Source: Chloroflexota bacterium (GTDB taxonomy: Bacteria; Chloroflexota; Dehalococcoidia; Lucifugimonadales; JADFKI01). From it: 64,000 nt of DNA. Positions 20,162-29,123 of this stretch are shown in pieces (position 1 is the stretch's first letter; every line of letters begins with the position of its first letter). Location of the stretch: NCBI GenBank assembly GCA_009840355.1, contig VXNZ01000050.1, positions 33,099 to 97,098 of the forward strand, given 5' to 3'. Below the pieces are notes generated by a model, which was not told where the DNA came from, did no database searches, and saw only the letters and a program-made list of their open reading frames with translations. The position numbers and the translations under genes were made by a program.

Positions 20162-21301
20162 ATGGAAGAAACCAAGATATGGTCCGTTGATGGCGATGGA
20201 ACTTCTACAACGCAACTGGACACCACGAACCGGATGGAAACCGAAGGACGTCTTGAGGACATCCTGACTCGGAACCCGGACATGCTCGAAGATGGTTTAC
20301 AGCTAGTTGGACGGCAAACATCAACCGCAGGTGGATGGCTCGACCTGCTCGGCGTGGACACCGACGGCAGGCTTGTTGTGTACGAACTGAAGCGCGGACG
20401 GCTGAACCGTGACGCAGTAGCGCAGGTGATAGACTATGCTTCAGACCTGGACACAAAGGAACAGGACGACCTGAGCAGTCATATAGAGCGACAATCGGGC
20501 AAGTATGGAATCGAGAAAATTGATGACTTCAAGGACTGGTATAGCAAATTGCGCGAAAGCAACGAGTTGCCAGAGGATGACCTTGAAGCCCTTAAGCCTC
20601 CCAGGATGGTCCTTGTAGGGCTAGGCGTTGATGACACTACTGAACGCATGGTGGGCTATATGGCGAGTGGTGGAATGGACATTTCGTTGCTAACATTCTA
20701 CGGCTTCGCCAACACCGACGGCAAAATACTACTTGCCAGAAATGTAGAGGTGGGCAGCGACAGAATACCAGTAAACCAAGGCCCGCGCAGTCGCCACAGA
20801 AATCGTCGAGCGCAATTTGAGAGGAAAGCTCAAACTCTGCCGACGGATGTCCAAAATGTGCTGACCGAAATAGAGATCATGTTCAGAAGGCAACACAGCA
20901 GGTTCAGCAAAGGCTATTCAACCACACGGATGAATTTCAGCTTGGACTACTCATGGTATGACTTTCCGGGAATGGAATGGAAAAACAAAGCCGTAACGCT
21001 GTTTGTTGAAATTTCCAACGGCGACTATGTAAATCTTGGTTTTCATCCGGCAGCTGTCCACTTTGCGTCTGACGACGAGATTAACAAACTCAGGGACGAA
21101 GGCGTCAATTTTGAAAGAGTCGAATTAGCGGATAGTGGGTATGAGGCCATGCGACACTTTGAACAGATTAAGCATGAAATCAAATACCCGCTACGGTCGC
21201 TCGCCGATTGGGAAGAACACAGAGAAACGCTGACGGCGCTAACGCAGAAGGTCTGCAAGGCGTATGACGCCGCCAGAGAGGAGGCATTGTCAAACCAATA
21301 G
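20162..21301 (+). CDS. Hypothetical protein with N-terminal NucS/DUF91-like PD-(D/E)xK nuclease domain
   Basis: LEDGLQLVGRQTSTAGGWLDLLGVDTDGRLVVYELKRGRLNRDAVAQVIDYA matches the D...ELK core plus the Q..DY motif typical of the NucS C-terminal/DUF91 fold. The C-terminal ~170 aa is unrecognised. Confidence 0.5.
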   Translation: MEETKIWSVDGDGTSTTQLDTTNRMETEGRLEDILTRNPDMLEDGLQLVGRQTSTAGGWLDLLGVDTDGRLVVYELKRGRLNRDAVAQVIDYASDLDTKEQDDLSSHIERQSGKYGIEKIDDFKDWYSKLRESNELPEDDLEALKPPRMVLVGLGVDDTTERMVGYMASGGMDISLLTFYGFANTDGKILLARNVEVGSDRIPVNQGPRSRHRNRRAQFERKAQTLPTDVQNVLTEIEIMFRRQHSRFSKGYSTTRMNFSLDYSWYDFPGMEWKNKAVTLFVEISNGDYVNLGFHPAAVHFASDDEINKLRDEGVNFERVELADSGYEAMRHFEQIKHEIKYPLRSLADWEEHRETLTALTQKVCKAYDAAREEALSNQ

Positions 21302-21357
21302 ATAACATCCCCTCCATCCCGTCCATCAATGTCAAACCCCAAGAAGGAGCCACCCCC

Positions 21358-21555
21358 ATGCCCCAACAAACCACCCCCGACGACTTCCGCGCCCTCACGC
21401 AGCGCGCCGGTCTCAACCTCACCGACGACGAGCTTGAGCACCTCAAGCCGATGTACGACCACTATCTTGAACCCATCGCCCGCATGAATGCGCTGAACCT
21501 TGACGCCGAAGACTTGGCGGTCGTCTATTCGCCGGGCTGGGACCCGGAGGTGTAG
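21358..21555 (+). CDS. Small GatC/AtzG-like protein preceding the amidase
   Basis: 65 aa. LTQRAGLNLTDDELEHLKPMYDHYLE resembles the GatC-like helical adaptor pattern. The stop is 2 nt before the amidase ATG. Confidence 0.4.
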   Translation: MPQQTTPDDFRALTQRAGLNLTDDELEHLKPMYDHYLEPIARMNALNLDAEDLAVVYSPGWDPEV

Positions 21556-21557
21556 CC

Positions 21558-22955
21558 ATGACCACAGAATTGCATTATCTCACCATCGGCGAAGCAAGCG
21601 GGCTGCTGCAAAGCGGCGAGCTATCGCCCGTCGAGCTTACCCGCGCATTCCTCGAGCGCATCGACGCGCTCGACGACACGCTTGAATGCTACATCACGGT
21701 GCTGCACGACGGCGCTATGGCTGAGGCGCGGCAGGCGGAAGCCGAAATCCTGCGCGGCGACTATCGCGGTGCCATGCACGGCATACCCATCGCCCTCAAG
21801 GACCTCTACGATACTGAAGGCGTCCTCACCACCGCAAGCTCCAAGGTAATGGCAGACCGCGTTCCCACTGAGGACGCCACCACGACGGCGCGCCTGAGAG
21901 AGGCGGGCGCTGTGCTGCTAGGCAAGCTCGCCATGCACGAATTCGCGCTCGGCGGCCCCGACCCAACGAACGGCTTTCCACTCGCGCGCAACCCGTGGAA
22001 CCTCGACCACATCCCCGGCGGATCGAGCAGTGGCTCCGGCGCGGGCATCGCCGCCGGGCTGTGCATGGGCACGCTCGGCTCTTGCACCGGCGGCAGCATT
22101 CGCGGACCGGCCGCGTTCTGCAGCATCGCCGGCATCAAGGCAACATACGGGCGCGTGAGCCGCTACGGCGTCGTGCCACTGAGCTGGACGCTCGACCACT
22201 GCGGGCCCATGACTTGGACTGTCGAAGATTCCGCCATTATGTTGCAGGCGATTGCCGGCTATGACCCGAAAGACCCGACGACCAGCCGCGCGCCGGTGCC
22301 GGACTACTCCGAGTCGCTGATAGATGACATTGAAGGCATGCGTATCGGCGTGCCGCGCCATTTCTTCTTCGCGGACGACCCCACGATCGACAAGGATGTT
22401 CTCTCAGCGGTGGACGACGCCCTGCAAGTCATGGAAGAATTGGGCGCGCATGTCGAAGAGGTCAATATCCCCATGCTGGAGCACGCAGGCGCAGCGCAGC
22501 CGGTCATAATGCTCAGCGAAGCGTTCGCCTATCACCAGAACAACCTGCGCGACACGCCCGAGCTTTTCGGCGAGATGGTGCGCGCGCGATTCCGCACGGG
22601 CGGGCTGTTCTCAGGCGGCGACTATGTGCAGGCGCAGCGCGTACGCAACGTGCTCAAGCGCGAGTTCGCCGAAGTGCTGCGCAATGTCGATGTCATCGTG
22701 TCGCCAACGATGTCCAACCCGGCGCCGCGCTTCGACGCGATGGACGCCATGACCACCTCGCGCGTGCCAAGCTTCACCGGACCGTACAACCTGACCGGCA
22801 TGCCCGCCATATCCGTGCCGTGCGGCTTCACGCCGGCCGGCCTGCCCGTCGGGCTGCAAATCGCGGGCAAGCCCTTCGATGAACCGACGGTCTTCCGCGC
22901 CGCCCACGCCTACGAACGGCAAGCCCGCTTATTCGAGCGCCGCCCGGCAGTGTAA
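21558..22955 (+). CDS. Amidase-signature family amidase
   Basis: GGSSSGSGAGIAAG (AS signature), catalytic Lys context IALKDLY, and a Ser-cisSer-Lys layout. Confidence 0.9.
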   Translation: MTTELHYLTIGEASGLLQSGELSPVELTRAFLERIDALDDTLECYITVLHDGAMAEARQAEAEILRGDYRGAMHGIPIALKDLYDTEGVLTTASSKVMADRVPTEDATTTARLREAGAVLLGKLAMHEFALGGPDPTNGFPLARNPWNLDHIPGGSSSGSGAGIAAGLCMGTLGSCTGGSIRGPAAFCSIAGIKATYGRVSRYGVVPLSWTLDHCGPMTWTVEDSAIMLQAIAGYDPKDPTTSRAPVPDYSESLIDDIEGMRIGVPRHFFFADDPTIDKDVLSAVDDALQVMEELGAHVEEVNIPMLEHAGAAQPVIMLSEAFAYHQNNLRDTPELFGEMVRARFRTGGLFSGGDYVQAQRVRNVLKREFAEVLRNVDVIVSPTMSNPAPRFDAMDAMTTSRVPSFTGPYNLTGMPAISVPCGFTPAGLPVGLQIAGKPFDEPTVFRAAHAYERQARLFERRPAV

Positions 22956-23009
22956 CGGAGAGCGCTAGAGCCCAATCCTCCCCACCCTGTAAATCAAGTT
23001 AAGTCAAAC

Positions 23010-23366
23010 CTACGGCGCTTGCAGCAACTGCAACAGGTTGCCGTCCGGGTCTTTGAAGGTGGCGACCCAGCCGCCCCAATGCTCGCGCTCCGGCGTTCTG
23101 ACGAAGCGCACGCCGGAGGCGGTCAGCCGTTCGTGCAGCGCGTGGATTTCCGATGTGCCGAAGTTCACCATAATGCGCTGCGGCTCGGCGTTCTTGCCGC
23201 TCACTTCGGAGTGCTCGCCGATGTTGAAGCGCATGTCGCCCCACCTGAATGCGACGAAGTCCGGCCGTATGACATGCACGGGAAGCCGCAGCGTATCGCG
23301 GTAGAACGCCGTCATCGATTCCATGTGTTCTGTCCAAATTATCACGCCCACGATGCCGTCAATCAT
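23010..23366 (-). CDS. VOC/glyoxalase-family protein
   Basis: 118 aa from MIDGIVGVIIWTEHMESMTAFYRDTLRL... to ...FKDPDGNLLQLLQ. The longer track ORF (to 23801) only adds non-coding-looking sequence. Confidence 0.8.
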   Translation of the reverse strand: MIDGIVGVIIWTEHMESMTAFYRDTLRLPVHVIRPDFVAFRWGDMRFNIGEHSEVSGKNAEPQRIMVNFGTSEIHALHERLTASGVRFVRTPEREHWGGWVATFKDPDGNLLQLLQAP

Positions 23367-23588
23367 TGTTAATTTCCTTATTGTCTTTGTTGCTAGGCGT
23401 ACTGCTTTGCACCATTCTAACCTGCCCCATAGGGGGATATGACTAGGTGAATGTTGGGGCATGGATAATTGTAGCATTTGCGCCCGTCGTTGATGTCCGT
23501 GCTTCCCTGTCCCGATTCTGCCATCCTTTAAGCCCCATCCTGGGCGGGATGGCGAACCTTTGCTAAAAATTCGGCGGCGGCTTTCGCC

Positions 23589-23790
23589 TTCAATTCTGGC
23601 GAAGTATGTGTATAATAGGTAACCAGAGACAGATGGGTGGTGGCCGAAAGCTAACTGAGGGTCTCTAGAAAGGAGGTTGCTGCATTGGATAGTAGTATGA
23701 GGAGGTGCTCCAGGTAGGTGTTCCCAGGAGCATCTTCTACACCAGGGAGGGGCTTTCCCGCTAGTCGGGGAAGCCCCTCTCTTTTCTTCA
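23589..23790 (+). ncRNA. Candidate orphan small RNA unit (promoter, two hairpins, strong terminator)
   Basis: TTCAAT-16 nt-TATAAT (23589-23616). Hairpins AGAGAC...GGTCTCT (23625-23666) and GCTCCAGG...CCAGGAGC (23706-23730). A 13-bp terminator stem GAGGGGCTTTCCC-GCTAGTC-GGGGAAGCCCCTC is followed by TCTTTTCTTC (23748-23790). No plus-strand CDS follows. Confidence 0.3.
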
Positions 23791-23831
23791 ACATGTATCA
23801 CATGATGGAGGTTTAACGCCGGTGGGCGATG

Positions 23832-24782
23832 TTATTGCCGCCCCTCGAAGAAGCGGCGCGGGTTGTCCACCATGATGTTGTGGATGTCCTCTTCGGTCGC
23901 GCCCAATTCACGCAGGCGTGGCAGCACCTGCCGCGTGATGAACAGGTAGCCGTGCGGATTCAGAACTTCGCGCATCTGCCGCGCTTCCTGATTGGCGATG
24001 AGCAGCGTCACCGCCCAGTCGTGCCCCAGCATTATGCGCCGCGCGTAGCCCGCCTCGATGAGGTTGTACGCCGTCTGCGTTCGCGCCTCCCAGTCGAGCG
24101 CTTCCGGTCTGCCGGGGTAGCGGTCCAGCCCGACCCAAACGCCCTTTTCCAGCAAGCCGGTCAGGTATTCCATATCGTCCGTGTCGTTGCTATGCCCGAT
24201 ATACACCTTGTTCAGGTCGATGCCTTCGTCCTCGAAAATGGCGACTTGCTGGTCGCCGACGCGTTCCGGCGCCCAGGTGTGCGTGGAGATTGGCACGCCT
24301 GTTACCCGCTGCGCCCGAGCCGCCGCGCGCAGGATAACCTCGCCCTCCGGCGTAACGCCTCCCATGTCGTTGGCGACCTTGATAATCCCCGCCTTTATGC
24401 CGGTGTCTTCGATGCCTTCTTCAATCTCGCGGATGTATAGCGGCGCGATGTCTTCCGGCGTCGCCGTCCAGAACACGCGCGGGATGTCGCGCCAAGTGCC
24501 GGTCGCGCAGACGATGTTCACGCCCGACCCACGCGACACCTCTGCGATGAGGCGGACGTCGCGTCCCAAGTCGATTGTCGAAACATCGACCATGCTGCGC
24601 AGCCCTTCGTCGTATGCCGCTTTAAGGTCGCGTATGCCGCGTTCAATAGAGCCGGCGCGGTCTATGAACTCCGGGTAAACCTGCTGAATCCCCGCAGACG
24701 ACACAATCACATGCTCATGCGACAGCGTGAATCCCAAGTCCGCCGTGTCCATCGGCCCCAGCACCGAATTGATCGTCGCCAT
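23832..24782 (-). CDS. Phosphotriesterase-family (PTER-like) amidohydrolase
   Basis: GFTLSHEHV N-terminal metal-binding HxH context and a TIM-barrel length of 316 aa. Confidence 0.85.
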   Translation of the reverse strand: MATINSVLGPMDTADLGFTLSHEHVIVSSAGIQQVYPEFIDRAGSIERGIRDLKAAYDEGLRSMVDVSTIDLGRDVRLIAEVSRGSGVNIVCATGTWRDIPRVFWTATPEDIAPLYIREIEEGIEDTGIKAGIIKVANDMGGVTPEGEVILRAAARAQRVTGVPISTHTWAPERVGDQQVAIFEDEGIDLNKVYIGHSNDTDDMEYLTGLLEKGVWVGLDRYPGRPEALDWEARTQTAYNLIEAGYARRIMLGHDWAVTLLIANQEARQMREVLNPHGYLFITRQVLPRLRELGATEEDIHNIMVDNPRRFFEGRQ

Positions 24783-24833
24783 ATCGGTAAAACCTCCGGT
24801 TTTAGTATGTCAGTATTTCGGTATTTCAGTTAG

Positions 24834-25199
24834 TCAGAACTTCGCTTTCTTAACGCAGGCGGTAATCAATGAAGCGAGCATACGCTTGACGCTAATTACT
24901 TGCTGGTTAACTCTATCGTAAGTCTGGTTGTCAATGTATGCCAAGTCGCGCGTCAGCAGTATGTGATATTCCAGTTCGCTGGCAGAACCCATGGCTATCT
25001 GCAAGAAGCGTCTCAACTCTGCATTGCCATACCTACCGCAGCCTTCAGCGATATTGGCGGGGACGGATGCCGCCGACCTGCGTAGCTGGCTGGTCAATCC
25101 GTATTGCTCATTGCGCGGAAGATTTTGCGTGATATTGTACACATCCAGAGTCAACTGATGACCATGCTTCCATACCCTCAAGTTCCTGAAATCCTGCAC
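24834..25199 (-). CDS. Four-helix-bundle protein (23S rRNA intervening-sequence protein / Avd-like family)
   Basis: FRNLRVWKHGHQLTLDVYNIT...LTSQLRRSAASVPANIAEGCGR...FLQIAMGSASELEYHILL, the canonical pattern of this family. Confidence 0.85.
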   Translation of the reverse strand: MQDFRNLRVWKHGHQLTLDVYNITQNLPRNEQYGLTSQLRRSAASVPANIAEGCGRYGNAELRRFLQIAMGSASELEYHILLTRDLAYIDNQTYDRVNQQVISVKRMLASLITACVKKAKF

Positions 25200-25247
25200 C
25201 GCGTAAACCTCTGACTTACTGATATACCGACAAACCGATATACCGAC

Positions 25248-26027
25248 TTACTGACCAACTACACTATTACTCAGCACGCCGATACCGCTTATCTCCACAT
25301 CGCACACGTCGCCCACCTTCATGTTGTCCGTCGCGCCGTCCGTGCCCATCCATATCATGTCGCCCGGATACAGCGTCAGGTAGCGTGTCATCGCGCTGAT
25401 GTATGTTTCCACGCCGAAGACCATGTTGTTAGTGGCGAACTCCGAGACGACTTCGCCGTTCAGCCGTACCGTCGTCCGCAGCGAGTCCAGGTCAACATCG
25501 GTCTCGATCCACGGGCCCATCGGCTTAAAAGTGTCGCTGTTCTTGGCGCGCCACATCGTGCGGTCGCCTGCCTGCCAGGTGCGCTCGCTCACGTCGTTGC
25601 CGATAGTGTAGCCCAGCACGCAGGACAGCGCGTCCTCTTCTGACAGGTGCTTCGCTTCCTTACCGATAACCACCACCAGCTCGCCTTCGTACTGAAAGCG
25701 CTCGGTGGAGTCTGCCGGCTTGACGATGGGTTCGCCGTGCGCGATAAGCGCGTTGTTCGCACGGTAGCCGATATCCGGCTTTTGCGGAATATCCGGCTCG
25801 CGTCCGAGCAGCGCCGCCGCCTCACGCACATGCTCTTCGTAATTCACACCCGCCGCGTAAAACGTCTTCGGCTCAAAAGGCACGAGCAGCCGCGCATCCG
25901 CAAGCGCGCTGCGTCCGCCCGTGCGCTCATACCCATCGAACGGATCGCCGCTCACCTCCGCAATCTCATCGCCTTCTACAATCCCAAAAGCCGCGCCGCC
26001 ATCCGCTTCATATCTTACCCAGCGCAT
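25248..26027 (-). CDS. Fumarylacetoacetate hydrolase (FAH) family protein
   Basis: YEGELVVVIGK and GYTIGNDVS...D, with a GDMIWMGT-type C-terminus typical of FAH-fold hydratases/isomerases. Confidence 0.9.
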   Translation of the reverse strand: MRWVRYEADGGAAFGIVEGDEIAEVSGDPFDGYERTGGRSALADARLLVPFEPKTFYAAGVNYEEHVREAAALLGREPDIPQKPDIGYRANNALIAHGEPIVKPADSTERFQYEGELVVVIGKEAKHLSEEDALSCVLGYTIGNDVSERTWQAGDRTMWRAKNSDTFKPMGPWIETDVDLDSLRTTVRLNGEVVSEFATNNMVFGVETYISAMTRYLTLYPGDMIWMGTDGATDNMKVGDVCDVEISGIGVLSNSVVGQ

Positions 26028-26077
26028 TGCAAGCCTCCTTACATATCCAACAGCACATATCCAACAGCGTCTTTCGA

Positions 26078-27124
26078 TTATCCATCCTGTTCATCGCTGT
26101 TAAATTTCTCCAGCCCAAACGCTTCTGCGACCAATTCATACGACCGCACTCTGTCCGCGAAATCGTAGCATATCGTTACGACGCCGATGTCGTTGGTGTC
26201 GTAGGCGTACGCGAGCGCCTCTATCTTGTCGCGCACATACTCGGGCGTGCCGTCGATGTAGCTTTCCTTTAGCTTCGACAGATACGCCCATTCGTCGGGA
26301 CGGTATTCGTATGCGAGCGCCTCTTCGATGGGCGGCACGCCTTCGCGGATGTTCTGCACCGAGCGCACTCGCGACAGATTGCGGCTCGCGCCGATTCGCT
26401 GCGCATCCTCGTCCGTCTCGGCGCACAATACCTGCAGCGCGACATTCACCTTCGGCTCGGACAGATACTCGGACGGCTGGAAGTTCTGCCGATACATCTC
26501 GGCGATCGCCGGTCCGTGCTCTGTCGCCAGGCCGAAGAAGTGCGCGAAACTGAACGGCAAGCCCATCTCGGCTGCCATCGCCGCGCTGTCCGCACGCGAG
26601 CCGAGCAGCCACACATCGGGCGTGGTGAACTCGCCGGGACCGGCGTGCAGCGACGCGAAGGGATGCTCGCCGTCCACCGTGTCGTGCAGAAAGTTCAGCA
26701 GATCGCGCACGACGACCGGGTAGTGGCGCACATCGAGTTGCGGACGCGGATACGACAGCGCTGCCGCCGTAATCTGGTCGCTGCCCGGCGCGCGCCCAAT
26801 GCCGAGGTCTATCCTGCCGGGGAAGAGCGTCTCCAACATACGGAACACCTCGGCGACCTTGAACGCGCTGTAGTGTGGCAGCATCACGCCGCCGCTGCCT
26901 ACGCGAATGCTCTCCGTGTTCGCGGCAATCTGCCCGATGAGGATTTCCGGGCTAGTCCCGGCGAAGTTCGCCAAGTTGTGGTGCTCCGCCACCCAGAAGC
27001 GCCGGTAGCCCAGCCGCTCGACGGCGCGCGCCAGCTCGACGGTTTCCGTCAGCGCGTCTCGCGCCGTGCCGCCCTTCCGCACCGGCGACTGGTCCACGAC
27101 ACTGAGTTGTATATTGCTGCTCAA
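26078..27124 (-). CDS. LLM-class (luciferase-like) flavin-dependent oxidoreductase
   Basis: ELARAVERLGYRRFWVAEHHN and GSGGVMLPHYS. The last 7 codons (NSDEQDG) are encoded by a dispersed GGATGG-type repeat. Confidence 0.9.
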   Translation of the reverse strand: MSSNIQLSVVDQSPVRKGGTARDALTETVELARAVERLGYRRFWVAEHHNLANFAGTSPEILIGQIAANTESIRVGSGGVMLPHYSAFKVAEVFRMLETLFPGRIDLGIGRAPGSDQITAAALSYPRPQLDVRHYPVVVRDLLNFLHDTVDGEHPFASLHAGPGEFTTPDVWLLGSRADSAAMAAEMGLPFSFAHFFGLATEHGPAIAEMYRQNFQPSEYLSEPKVNVALQVLCAETDEDAQRIGASRNLSRVRSVQNIREGVPPIEEALAYEYRPDEWAYLSKLKESYIDGTPEYVRDKIEALAYAYDTNDIGVVTICYDFADRVRSYELVAEAFGLEKFNSDEQDG

Positions 27125-27268
27125 TATTGCACCTTATTTCTCAGGTTGTACGGGCCTGCATCGCGCACGGTTCATCCCTCATCCTGCTCGTTCTGCCCAT
27201 CCTGTCCATCGATGTTAATTCCCCGCCCTATCGGGGCATTGGCAGGCATGGAAAGAGACCTATATGCG

Positions 27269-28969
27269 CTAAATCGGCACTATCGTGTGGCTTTTCCACC
27301 GATTGATGGCAGACTGTCCGCGCGGGCTGACTTGGCGCTGCACTTGCACGTTGATGAGCGCAGGGCGTTCCAGTTTCAGGCAGCGTTCGAGCGCGGGATG
27401 AAGTTCCTCCGGGTTCTCTACGATTTCGCCGTGCCCGCCTAGTCCGCGCACCACTTGGTCGTAGCGCGTGGGCAGCAGGTCGGTGGCGACGGGCTTGCCA
27501 TATACCCCAAGCTGAATCTGCCGGTCGATGCCCCACGCGGAGTCGTTTCCCATCACGCAGACGAACGGCAGGTTGTGCCGCACCGCCGTATCGTACTCCA
27601 TGCCGTTGAAACCGAACGCGCCGTCGCCGCTGAACGCGATTACCCGTCTGTCCGGATGCGCCAATTTCGCCGCGAGCGCAGTCGGTATCGTGTGCCCAAG
27701 CATGCCGGACGGCGTTACATACAGCCAGCTCTTGGGAAACCGCGCAGGCAGGTACGCGCGCGCGAAATGGCAGTAGTCGCCGCCGTCGAATATCAGGTAG
27801 TCGTCCGGCGACAGCTGCTGCATCACGGTGCGGTGCACAAACATCGCATGCATCGGCGCGTCCGGCACTGCCAGCGATTCCAGGTGCTCCTGCCAAGCCC
27901 TGCGCTCTGCGCGAAGTTCGTTAAGCCAGGGCAAGTCCGACCACGCATGCTTGCCCGCCTCCGCCGTGAGCTGCCGCAGCGTGGCTTCGACATCGCCGGC
28001 GATTCCCACCGCCACCCCGCGATTGCGCCCGATTTCCGCTTCGGACGGATCGATCTGTATGACGGCGGCGTCCGCGCCTATCGTCGGCGCCATTGCGTAG
28101 CCGATAATCAGGTCTTGCTTGCGTCCGAGCATCAGCACGGCATCCGCATCGCGTATCTTGCGCGACGCTTGACTAAGCCCTTGATCGAAGAAACCTAGGC
28201 AGTAGGGATGTTCGTCCGACACCAGACCGCGCGCGTCTCCCTCTGTCAGCAGCGGGATGCGTGTCGTCTCGATGAACGCCTGCATCACCTCGCCGGAGCG
28301 CGAGTACGCCGCCGCGCTGCCCGCGACGATGAGCGGGCGCTCGGCGGCATGCAATATCGCAATCGCCTGCTCGATGTCCGCCTGCGATGCCTGTGCCGCG
28401 CCGATGCCGCGATATTCGTTCGGCGCGTAGAGCGCGACTTCGTCTTCGCTGACCATGTTCTGCTGAATGTCAACCGGAATGGTCAGATGCACGGGACCCC
28501 GCCGCCCGCTGTACGCCACGCGAAGGGCGTGCGCTATCATGTCCGGGATGCGCCGCGTGTCGGTAACCATCCACGCGCCCTTGCAGACGGGACGCGCCAT
28601 GCCGACCTGATCGATCTCTTGCATCGCGCCGCGTCCCAGCTCAGCGAGTTCCGCGGAGCCGCTGATGGACAGCAGCGGACTTTCCGAGTGCTGCGCGTTG
28701 GCGAGACCGGGTATTGCGTTGGAAAAGCCCGGCGTCGTGTACATCGCCACGCCCGGCTCGCCGGTAATGCGGCCCCAAGCGTCCGCCATGTGCGCCGCCG
28801 CCTGCTCGTGCCGCGTGTCCACGAAGCGAAAGCCCATATCCGCCATCGTATCCAGTGCGGGCAGCACATGGTCGCCCGCAATCGTGAACACATTCTTCAC
28901 GCCTTCAAGCGCCAGCGCCCTGCCAATCAGCTCACTGCCGCTCACCATCCCCGAACTTGGTGTAGTCAT
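27269..28969 (-). CDS. Thiamine pyrophosphate-dependent enzyme (acetolactate synthase-like)
   Basis: N-terminal pyrimidine-binding domain (HEQAAAHMADAWGR) and C-terminal TPP motif GDGAFGFNGMEYDTAVRHNLP. Confidence 0.9.
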   Translation of the reverse strand: MTTPSSGMVSGSELIGRALALEGVKNVFTIAGDHVLPALDTMADMGFRFVDTRHEQAAAHMADAWGRITGEPGVAMYTTPGFSNAIPGLANAQHSESPLLSISGSAELAELGRGAMQEIDQVGMARPVCKGAWMVTDTRRIPDMIAHALRVAYSGRRGPVHLTIPVDIQQNMVSEDEVALYAPNEYRGIGAAQASQADIEQAIAILHAAERPLIVAGSAAAYSRSGEVMQAFIETTRIPLLTEGDARGLVSDEHPYCLGFFDQGLSQASRKIRDADAVLMLGRKQDLIIGYAMAPTIGADAAVIQIDPSEAEIGRNRGVAVGIAGDVEATLRQLTAEAGKHAWSDLPWLNELRAERRAWQEHLESLAVPDAPMHAMFVHRTVMQQLSPDDYLIFDGGDYCHFARAYLPARFPKSWLYVTPSGMLGHTIPTALAAKLAHPDRRVIAFSGDGAFGFNGMEYDTAVRHNLPFVCVMGNDSAWGIDRQIQLGVYGKPVATDLLPTRYDQVVRGLGGHGEIVENPEELHPALERCLKLERPALINVQVQRQVSPRGQSAINRWKSHTIVPI

Positions 28970-29123
28970 TGTTAACCTCTCATCAATTCTTTTGGTCTCC
29001 CTAATGTTAGATTGTTACGCCTTTAGGCACAACCACGCGCAGATTGCACAATAGCCGTCTCAATAGTCGTCCCCCCCACCAAGAAATGATATTAAATATC
29101 CGATAAATTGCACCAGAAACTAT

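Noticed and set aside
23367-23801. N-terminal 145-aa extension of the VOC-family ORF (track ORF 23010..23801).
   Set aside because: The extension has no VOC-domain similarity. The complete 118-aa domain starts at MIDGIVG (23366), and the upstream DNA contains a plus-strand promoter/terminator unit.
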